Assembly (NCBI GenBank): GCA_039630085.1
Contig: JBCNVM010000002.1
Span: forward strand, 84,721 to 148,720
Source of the DNA: Candidatus Caldarchaeales archaeon
GTDB taxonomy: Archaea; Thermoproteota; Nitrososphaeria_A; Caldarchaeales; Calditenuaceae
Direction of reading: 5' to 3'
Length of the DNA: 64,000 bases
Every line of letters starts with the position of its first letter. Position 1 is the first letter of the stretch. Below the pieces are notes generated by a model. It was given only the letters and a program-made list of their open reading frames with translations. It was not told the origin of the DNA and made no database searches. A program made the translations under genes and the position numbers. Shown one piece after another: positions 56,252-64,000 of the stretch.

Positions 56252-56608
56252 ATGGGAAGGAGGTGCGACCTCTGCGGCGAGGAGCTGGCGACCGGGGAGT
56301 GGCTCGCCGTGAGGTACGCCTGCCTGACCTCCTGCTTCCCGGTCCTGCCCGGAGACCACCTCAGGTCCGCTCACGGTGACTTCTATGCCGTGGCATCTAA
56401 GGTCGCGAAGTCCGCGACTTACTCGAGCGGCGCGATGTTGACTGCCGCGGCGGTCGCGCTGCTCACCGGTCGCGCTGAACTCGCGCTCCTGCTGTTGACG
56501 GGCTCCGCGTCGGCCCTCCTGATAGGCACGCTTTACAGGGTCAAGCTGTTGGCCTCCTACAGGCGAGGTCGCGCGGCAGAGTCGGGCTCGACTACCTCTG
56601 GCCCGTGA
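56252..56608 (+). CDS. Small membrane protein with N-terminal C2H2-like motif
   Basis: CDLC...HLRSAH followed by two TM helices. Confidence 0.6.
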   Translation: MGRRCDLCGEELATGEWLAVRYACLTSCFPVLPGDHLRSAHGDFYAVASKVAKSATYSSGAMLTAAAVALLTGRAELALLLLTGSASALLIGTLYRVKLLASYRRGRAAESGSTTSGP

Positions 56609-56831
56609 GCAACATCGGGCCGAAGAGGAAGAAGAAGAGCATCACCATTATAGCGATGTAAAGCAGCAGCGAGATGTTCCTCGCCCTCTTCTCCCTCCTC
56701 ATCCTCTCGTCGTAGACCTTCCTGCAGCTCTCGCCGCAGAACTCCGCGTCCACGGCCATCGGCAGCCCGCAGATCGGGCAGTGCTTGTGCTCCGGTATCC
56801 TGACCCTCCTCGCGGCAGGCTTGACCGACAT
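56592..56831 (-). CDS. DUF2116 Zn-ribbon membrane protein
   Basis: IPEHKHCPICG...FCGESC plus C-terminal TM helix. Confidence 0.85.
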   Translation of the reverse strand: MSVKPAARRVRIPEHKHCPICGLPMAVDAEFCGESCRKVYDERMRREKRARNISLLLYIAIMVMLFFFLFGPMLLTGQR

Positions 56832-56921
56832 TCCCCGAGACTCTTCATGGCCGGTAAATAACTCCGCACCCCTCAGCTGAGGAGTTTCCTTTATATCCAG
56901 AGCGGACCCGCTAGCTTGGAA

Positions 56922-57320
56922 ATGAGCACGAGGCCGGCGGAGCTCGGTGAGATCAAGGAGGGCTCGAACGTCGTGATCGATGGCGAACCGTGCAGGGTCG
57001 TCGAGGTCGAGCGGTCGAAACCGGGCAAGCACGGCAGCGCGAAGGTCAGGATCGTGGCCATAGGGATCTTCGACGGCGTCAAGCGGAGCGTGGTGGGACC
57101 CTCGGACCAGTACATCGAGATCCCGATCGTCGAGAAGAGGTCGGGCCAGGTCGTCAGCGTCGGCGAGACCGTCACCGTGATGGACAACTCGACCCTCGAG
57201 ATGGTCGAGGTGCCCCTACCGAAGGACGAGGCGTTGGCCAGCAGGATCGAGCCAGGCGTCACGGTCGAGTACTGGCGGATCATGAACCGGCACATGATCG
57301 TCCAAGCGCGCAAGGAGTGA
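56922..57320 (+). CDS. eif5a: Translation factor aIF5A
   Basis: Hypusine motif SKPGKHGSAK. Confidence 0.97.
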   Translation: MSTRPAELGEIKEGSNVVIDGEPCRVVEVERSKPGKHGSAKVRIVAIGIFDGVKRSVVGPSDQYIEIPIVEKRSGQVVSVGETVTVMDNSTLEMVEVPLPKDEALASRIEPGVTVEYWRIMNRHMIVQARKE

Positions 57321-57423
57321 TGCATTCATTTTGAAGTAAACGGAGTGCAATAATCGTATAAAAAACTTTCTTCGAAATCGGTGATATGTCTAAATAGCAG
57401 CCTTTCTCATTCCATGTCGCGAA

Positions 57424-58011
57424 ATGAGGGCTGCAGTAAACAGAATGAATGCAACAAGGCGAAGGGGGCTGACGGGACTAGAGACGGCGATAATCCTGAT
57501 AGCGTTCGTAGTCGTGGCGGCGGCCTTCGCCTTCGCGGTGCTGAACATGGGCTTCTTCACGACGCAGAAGTCGGGCGAGGTGATGCAGGCCGGGCTCGAG
57601 GAGACCCTGAGCGGCATAGAGCCCGCAGGCTCGGTGATCGTGAGGTCCGACGGCACCCAGGTCCAGAGCATCACGATCTACATCAAGTCCGCGGTCGGCA
57701 AGCACCCGGTCGACATGAGGGCCGGCAAGCTGGTGATCAGCTACAGGGACCCGTACAACTTCAACCCCAACATCTACACCACGAACGCAACGGAAGTCGG
57801 AACGGGCGTGACCGTCAGGCAGCTGACCGGCGACCGCGACACCGCCCTCGAGTACGCGGAGCTCTGGGAGATAACGATCGCGATTGAGGAGCTCCAAGAC
57901 CTCAGGCCGAACGACCCCTTCTCCGTTGAGATCAAGCCGCCGCAGGGATCGGTCCTAAAGATCGAGAAGAGGCTGCCGCCCGTCTTCGACGCCGTGATGG
58001 ACCTCGGCTGA
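57424..58011 (+). CDS. flaB: Archaellin
   Basis: Class III signal peptide RRRG/LTGLETAIILIAFVVVAAAFAFAVLN; EIKPPQGSVL. Confidence 0.93.
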   Translation: MRAAVNRMNATRRRGLTGLETAIILIAFVVVAAAFAFAVLNMGFFTTQKSGEVMQAGLEETLSGIEPAGSVIVRSDGTQVQSITIYIKSAVGKHPVDMRAGKLVISYRDPYNFNPNIYTTNATEVGTGVTVRQLTGDRDTALEYAELWEITIAIEELQDLRPNDPFSVEIKPPQGSVLKIEKRLPPVFDAVMDLG

Positions 58012-58040
58012 TCCGCCGTCTCCCCCTGAACCGAATCGCC

Positions 58041-58056
58041 CTTTTTTTGGTTCTTT
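58041..58056 (+). terminator. Oligo-T terminator after archaellin
   Basis: CTTTTTTTGGTTCTTT about 30 nt after the stop. Confidence 0.55.
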
Positions 58057-58158
58057 ATCCCTCAGAATCATCCGTGTCCCTGTTAAACTCCGTCTCCAGT
58101 TCGCTCCCGGTCCTAGCGTAGTCAGCGGTAAATAGGACCCGAGTCCGGGTAGTGCGGG

Positions 58159-59052
58159 TTGTCGATACTGGTCGACTCCTCGACCAGAGTTCTCGTCCAA
58201 GGCATAACGGGGAGGGAGGGAAGCTTCCATACCGAGGCGATGCTCAGGTACGGCACGAAGGTCGTGGCGGGCGTCACGCCGGGGAAGGGCGGGTCGCAGG
58301 TCCACGGCGTACCGGTCTACGACTCGGTCGAGGAGGTTGTGAGGAGGCACCCGGAGGTCAACGCCTCGATCGTCTTCGTCCCGGCAAAGTTCGCCGTCGA
58401 CGCGGTCCACGAGGCGATCGACGCGGGCATCGGGCTGATCGTGGTGATAACCGAGGGCATACCGATTCACGACGCGGTCAGGCTGATCAGCTACGCCAGG
58501 ATGAGGGGCGTCAGGATAGTGGGCGCCAACACGCCGGGCGTGATCACCCCGAACGAGTGCAAGCTCGGGATCATGCCGGGACATGTCTTCAGCAGGGGTA
58601 AGGTCGGGATGGTGTCGAGGAGCGGGACTCTCACCTACGAGATCGCGATGCAGCTGACCGGCGCCGGCATCGGGCAGAGCACCTGCGTCGGGATAGGGGG
58701 AGACCCCGTGGTGGGCACCGACTTCCTCGACGTCCTCGAGATGTTCAGGGAGGACCCGGGGACGGATTGCGTCGTGCTGATCGGCGAGATCGGAGGGGAC
58801 GCGGAGGAGAGGGTCGCGAGGCACGTCGTCGAGACCGGATACCCGAAGCCCGTGGTCGCATACGTCGCGGGCAGGACGGCACCTCCGGGGAAGAGGATGG
58901 GCCACGCCGGCGCGATCATCTCGATGGGGGTCGGAGACGCAGAGAGCAAGGTCAGGGCGCTCACCGCCGCGGGCATCAGGGTGGGCGCCACGCCCGGCGA
59001 GATACCGGTCTTGGTCAGGGAGGCCCTGAAGGAGGGGGCGGCCAAGGCCTGA
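58159..59052 (+). CDS. sucD: Succinyl-CoA synthetase alpha subunit
   Basis: [35 protein letters not shown]. Confidence 0.96.
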   Translation: MSILVDSSTRVLVQGITGREGSFHTEAMLRYGTKVVAGVTPGKGGSQVHGVPVYDSVEEVVRRHPEVNASIVFVPAKFAVDAVHEAIDAGIGLIVVITEGIPIHDAVRLISYARMRGVRIVGANTPGVITPNECKLGIMPGHVFSRGKVGMVSRSGTLTYEIAMQLTGAGIGQSTCVGIGGDPVVGTDFLDVLEMFREDPGTDCVVLIGEIGGDAEERVARHVVETGYPKPVVAYVAGRTAPPGKRMGHAGAIISMGVGDAESKVRALTAAGIRVGATPGEIPVLVREALKEGAAKA

Positions 59053-59099
59053 GCCTCACGAGGTAACCTTATGTCCCCCGCGACGGAGGCGGGTGAGGT

Positions 59100-59744
59100 T
59101 TGGTCGAGAGGCACGAGGCGCCGACCGTTACCTACTCGCTGATAGCGGCCAACGCGGCCGCCTTCGTTGCGTCGCTGGTCGTCGGTCAGGTGTGGATGGT
59201 GATGAACTTCGGAGCCGTCCCCTACCTGATCCTCTTCAGGATGGAGGTCTACAGGCTCGTGACCTCGATGTTCCTCCACACCGACTTCCTTCACATCCTC
59301 TTCAACATGTGGGCCCTCTTCATCTTCGGGCGCGACATCGAGCTGGTCGCGGGGAGGAGGGTCTTCGCAGCGATCTACTTCGTCAGCGGGCTCGCCGGGG
59401 GGATCGCGTACGCGGTCTACATGGCGGGGTATGCCTCGCTCTTCGACAGGACGGCCCTCTTCATCCCCGCGATCGGCGCCTCCGGGGCGGTCTTCGGCGT
59501 GATGGGCGCGTTCGCGGTGCTCTTCCCAACAAGGCCCCTCGCGATGTTCTTCTACTTCATACCGATCGTCGCGCCGGCATTCGTCGCAATCATGCTGATG
59601 GGCCTGCTGCAGACGATGCTGGCCCTCGTGCTGCCCTTCAGTCAGGTCGCGTACACCGCGCACGTCGGCGGCCTGGCGGTCGGGCTGGTCGCGGGAGCCG
59701 CGCTCAGGTCGCGCCTTCACAGGTGGTACTACGTCGTTTACTGA
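59100..59744 (+). CDS. Rhomboid intramembrane serine protease
   Basis: SMFLH, HILFNM, GASGA, AHVGG. Confidence 0.95.
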   Translation: MVERHEAPTVTYSLIAANAAAFVASLVVGQVWMVMNFGAVPYLILFRMEVYRLVTSMFLHTDFLHILFNMWALFIFGRDIELVAGRRVFAAIYFVSGLAGGIAYAVYMAGYASLFDRTALFIPAIGASGAVFGVMGAFAVLFPTRPLAMFFYFIPIVAPAFVAIMLMGLLQTMLALVLPFSQVAYTAHVGGLAVGLVAGAALRSRLHRWYYVVY

Positions 59745-59920
59745 AGTTCCGGATACGAGACGAGCGGAGCGGCCCAGAACTTGCTCGAGAGGGGAAGCGT
59801 CAGGCGGAGCGCAGCGCCCACCATCCTCATCAGGTCAGCGAGGCCCATGATTGCCGTCGCGAGCAGGAGCACGAAGAGGAAGAGCGCGACCGCGGAAAGG
59901 ACCTCCCACAGCTCCGGCAC
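59738..59920 (-). CDS. Small membrane hypothetical protein
   Basis: 60 aa with hydrophobic N-terminus; AT-rich box about 25 nt upstream. Confidence 0.5.
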   Translation of the reverse strand: MPELWEVLSAVALFLFVLLLATAIMGLADLMRMVGAALRLTLPLSSKFWAAPLVSYPELQ

Positions 59921-60356
59921 GGCGCTAGAGGCCCGACCCGCATTATTTAGGTTGTCTTCCCGCGAGCCCGTTCAGCGGCAGGTCCGTCGGTGCGTTTATT
60001 AGAGAGCGTTCTACCCTACTATAGTTGGCGTGAACGCCGCGGGCGGTAGACCCGCGGCGGGATGCGGGAGCTCATGCTGTGACCGCGTCATGGGAGGGCG
60101 TTGGAGCGCGGCAAGATAGGGCGCGCCTTGGCCCGAGCAGGGGTACGCCGGCCGGTGGATGCCTCGGCTTGGGCGCCGAAGAAGGACGTGGCAAGCTGCG
60201 GTAAGCTCCGGGTACCCGCAGGCAGGGGTGGATCCGGAGATCTCCTAATGGGACATCCCGTGGCGGGCTTCGGCTCGCCGCGTTCCCGGGCGCAAGCCTG
60301 GGATCGGGAACCCCCCGAACGGAAGCATCCAAGTAGGGGGAGGAGGAGAAATCAAA

Positions 60357-60390
<34 letters not shown>

Positions 60391-62181
60391 GCAGCCCAAA
60401 CCGAACCCTTCGGGGAAACTCGGGGGGAATGTGGGGTTATGGGCCGGAGGCCCGCCCTGAAGGCCGAGCCGAACTCCCCTGGAACGGGGGGCCAGAGAGG
60501 GTGAAAGCCCCGTAGGCGAAGGCCGGATGGGCGATGCTCCGGACCCTGAGTACCGCACCTCGGATATGGTGCGGGAAGTCGGGGGCCACTGGCCTCCAAG
60601 GCTAAATACGTCCCAAGACCGATAGCGGACCAGTAGCGTGAGCGAAAGGTGAAAAGTACCCCGGGAGGGGGGTGAAAAGCGCCTGAAACCGGCCGGTAAC
60701 AGACGTGGGCGGCCCGAAAGGGAAATCCCCGTCAAGGCCCCGACGAGGGGCCGCGCGGGGACAATCCCAGGGTCGCCCGCTCCGTCTTGAAACACGGGCC
60801 GGGGAGTTCACGGGTGTGGCGAGTCTAAGGGCTGGAAGCCCGAAGGCGTAGGGAAACCGACCTGCCCGCAGCGGCTTCGGGCCGCGAGGGGCGGGGTCCG
60901 AAAGGGCCTGTAGCCACGCCCGTGAGGCTAGAAACCGGGCGATCTAGCCCTGGGCAGGGCGAAGCCGGGGGAAACCCCGGTCGAGGCCCGAATAGGGGTC
61001 TTGGTGTGCAATTCGGTCCCCTGACCTGGGGCTAGGAGTCAAAAGCTAACCGAGCCCGGTGATAGCTAGTTCCCCCCGAAGTGTCTCGCAGGACAGCCTC
61101 GGGGGAGGTTGCCTGCGGGGTAGGGCACTGATGGGGGAGAAAGGGGCCGATGAGGCCCCGCTCTCCTTTCAAACCACGAACCCGCGGGCGCCGCAGATCC
61201 CGGGAGTGGGGTACTGGGGGTAAGCTCCGGGACCGAGAGGGGAACAACCCAGACCCCGGGTTAAGGCCCCAAAGTGCCCGCTAAGTGACAAACCGAAGGG
61301 CGTCTTCACCCTGAGACAGCGGGGCCGTAGGCTTAGAAGCAGCCATCGGCCAAGAAGTGCGTAACAGCTTACCCGCCGAGGGTGGGGGCCCCGAAAATTG
61401 ACGGGTCTAAGCGGGCCGCCGAAACCCGGGCTCACCCCTGCTCTGCAGGGGTGGGGGTAGGGGGGCGTGGCGGTTGGGCGGAAGCGGGGCCGTGAGGTCC
61501 CGTGGACCGGCCGCCAATGCAGATCCCGGCGGTAGTAGACAGCGAAGAGAGGTGGGAATCCTCTCCGCCGGAAGGGCACGGGTTCCCCGGCAATGCGTCG
61601 TCAGCCGGGGGTAAGCCGGTCCTAAGGCCGACCTTAACCGGGTAGGCCGAAGGGGAAGCCGGTTAAGATTCCGGCGCCTCCCGGGTAGGTGCGGCGACGC
61701 AGGCCGGGCCCCTGACGCTTCGGGGTAGGCCGACCGGGGCCGTAGCTCCGGCCAAGCGCTGAAGCCTGGGGAGTGCCGTAAAGGCGAGAACCAGGTGAAG
61801 GCGCGACGGGGCGGCGTATGCCGCTTCGGCCGATCCCCGGAGCCAGTGAAAAGGGGGTCCGGACCGATCCCGGGAGACCGTACCTAGATCCGACACTGGT
61901 GCCCCTGGCTGAGAAGGCCAAGGCGTCTGGGGTGACTCCGGGCCAGGGAACTCGGCAAAATGGCCCCGTAACCTCGGGAGAAGGGGTGCCTGCTTTCCTC
62001 TCCGACGAGGAGGGGTTGGCAGGTCGCAGTGACCAGGGGGTCCTGACTGTTTAATAAAAACATAGGAAGCCGCGAGGCCGAAAGGCTTCGAACGGCTTCT
62101 GAATCCTGGCCAGCACCGGTACCTGAAACCCGGGTCCAACCGGGATAAGGGCCGGCTAGCGCCGGGGGTAATCCTGACCCT

Positions 62182-63005
62182 CGAGTAAGGGGGTCGTTAA
62201 ACGCGGCTGTATGCGGGGAAGGGCGAGGTCCCGGATACCCTTCGGGGTAACAATTCCGTGACCGGTGAGCTCGACCCGCAGGAAACCGCCCCGTGAACGG
62301 CTAATACCGGACGGCTCGCGGAAAGTCCGGTGACCCTCGCGTACCTGATCGGCGTCATGCTCGGCGACGGCGGCGTCTACGGCAACTACTACACGGTCTT
62401 CTGCAGGGACCAGAGCCTTGAGTTCGTCGAGTACGTCGCCCGCCTCGTGGAGGAACTCTTCGGGATAAGGCCGAACCTGAGGAGGGCAGGCTCAAACCAT
62501 TACATTGCCACGACGAACGTCCGGTGGGTCCACGACTTCCTCCTGAGGATCGGCTTCCCGAAGGGGCGGAAGCTCGTCAACGCTGAGATACCGCCGCTGT
62601 TCAGGGACAGCCTCGACGTCGTTAAGGGGCTCTTCGACACCGAGGGCTACGTCGGGGTCGACGTCCAGCGGCACGGCGAGAGGCAATACCGGTACCCGTA
62701 CGTCGGGTTCGACGTGATCGCGAAGCCCCTCGTCGTCCAGTCGCACCGCATCCTCTCCGCCAACGGGATCCATTCCGCTTATTTTCGGAGAGAACCGCAC
62801 GCGTGGGGAAAACACGTCCAGTGGAGGCTGCAGGTCAAGGGATGGGAGAACGTCGAGCTGTTCCGCGAGAAGGTCGGTTTCAGACACCCCGTCAAGGCGG
62901 AGAAGCTCGAGGAGGTCTTGCGTGAGGGCGGGATCCTCAGAGACCATACGCCGCGCACCCGTCAAGGGTGATGATATGGTCCACCACCGATTCTTGTCGG
63001 TGGAG
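62182..63005 (+). mobile_element. Group I intron (IB-like) at the E. coli L1923-equivalent site, 824 nt
   Basis: Exon ends in U and intron ends in G. P1 GACCCU/GGGGUC with U-G pair; P10 UAAG/CUUA; P3 CGCGGC/GCCGCG; P4 UGCGGG/CCCGCA; P7 GACCA/UGGUC with CAGAGACCAUA and GAUAUGGUC; P8 and P9 hairpins. Confidence 0.93.
62330..62971 (+). CDS. Intron-encoded two-motif LAGLIDADG homing endonuclease
   Basis: Motifs LAYLIGVMLGDGG and VVKGLFDTEGY; FREKVGFRHPVK tail typical of intein-type DOD endonucleases. Confidence 0.93.
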   Translation: MTLAYLIGVMLGDGGVYGNYYTVFCRDQSLEFVEYVARLVEELFGIRPNLRRAGSNHYIATTNVRWVHDFLLRIGFPKGRKLVNAEIPPLFRDSLDVVKGLFDTEGYVGVDVQRHGERQYRYPYVGFDVIAKPLVVQSHRILSANGIHSAYFRREPHAWGKHVQWRLQVKGWENVELFREKVGFRHPVKAEKLEEVLREGGILRDHTPRTRQG

Positions 63006-63311
63006 CTTAAGGTAGCCAAATGCCTTGTCGGGTGAGTTCCGACGCGCATGAATGGATCAACGAGGGCCCCACTGTCCCGGCCCGGAGCCCCGTGAACCCA
63101 CATAACGTGGACGAACAGTCCACGAGCCCCCAGCGGGGAGAGAAGACCCTGTGGAGCTTTACTGCAGCCTGTCGCTGCGGGACGGCTTTGGGTGCATAGC
63201 GTAGCCGGGAGCCGTCGATCCGGACCTCTCCGGGGGTCCGGGGAGGCGCCAATGTAACACCGGCCACCTGGGGCTGTCCCGCTAACCGGGGCCTGTGCCT
63301 TGGGACAACGG

Positions 63312-63342
<31 letters not shown>

Positions 63343-64000
63343 CCCGAAAAGATATCGGGGGAGCCCAAAGGTCGGCTCAGGCGGGACAGAAACCCGCTGT
63401 AGAGTGCAAGGGCAAAAGCCGGCCTGACGGGACCCTCGAACGCGAGGGGTCCTGAGGGGAAACCCGGGCCTAGCGATCCATCGGCCCCTACCAGTGGGGG
63501 CCGGTGGTGACAGAAAAGTTACCCCAGGGATAACAGGCTCGTCGCGGGCGAGAGTCCCCATCGACCCCGCGGCTTGGTACCTCGATGTCGGCTCTTCCCA
63601 TCCTGGCCTCGCAGCAGGGGCCAAGGGTGAGGCTGCTCGCCTATCAAAGGGGAACGTGAGCTGGGTTTAGACCGGCGTGAGCCAGGTCGGATTCTACCTG
63701 CTGGGGGTGCGGGCCGCCTGAGGGTAGGGTCCTCCTAGTACGAGAGGAACGGAGGGCCGGGGCCAACGGTGTACCGGTCGTCCTACAGGGCGACGCCGGG
63801 CAGCCGCGCCCCTGTGGATAAGGGCTGAAAGCATCTAAGCCCGAAGCCACTCCCAAAAATAGGCGGCCGATCGGGGCCTATAGGGCCCGGTAACGGGCCT
63901 TGGGCCCCGACGAGGGCTCCCCTAGAAGAGGGGGTTGATGGGGTGGGCGTGTACGGGCGGAGGCGTAATGCCGGACGCCCTCAGCGCGCCACTCCCAATC

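Noticed and set aside
62182-63005. Interpretation as a BHB archaeal intron or an intein
   Set aside because: Group I core helices and U/omega-G boundaries are present; no host protein or intein splice motifs.

Overview
A GC-rich, very gene-dense stretch of archaeal core chromosome. Evidence for the archaeal call: AGG-dominated Arg codons, TATA-like boxes, Spt5, L30e, aPelota, TFS, aIF5A, archease, DGGGP synthase, GGR, HMG-CoA reductase, archaellin and BHB tRNA introns. It is probably a thermophilic TACK lineage such as Caldarchaeales/Aigarchaeota; that placement is inference only. The window holds about 70 CDS, three intron-containing tRNAs (Pro-TGG, Gln-TTG with two introns, Phe-GAA), RNase P RNA, and a 23S rRNA gene with no 16S upstream. 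The most notable items are RNA-level. (1) An 824-nt group I (not BHB) intron at the E. coli L1923-equivalent site carries a two-motif LAGLIDADG endonuclease whose ORF runs into the ribozyme core. (2) An unannotated, degenerate double-guide C/D sRNA at about 20.45 kb has two guides matching 23S sequences on either side of that intron; one target overlaps the intron's P1 helix. (3) The tRNA-Pro intron looks like a tandem copy of its own exon. (4) An exact 17-nt copy of the tRNA-Phe anticodon/intron junction lies 102 nt upstream of the tRNA copy. Protein-level oddities include a methanogen-type SerRS, a probable CUG start for hmgA, a fused ZnuA-ZnuB, an aceA-prpD-citrate synthase cluster, and an amber-interrupted HEPN gene. 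All calls come from manual reading of motifs; no database searches were run.
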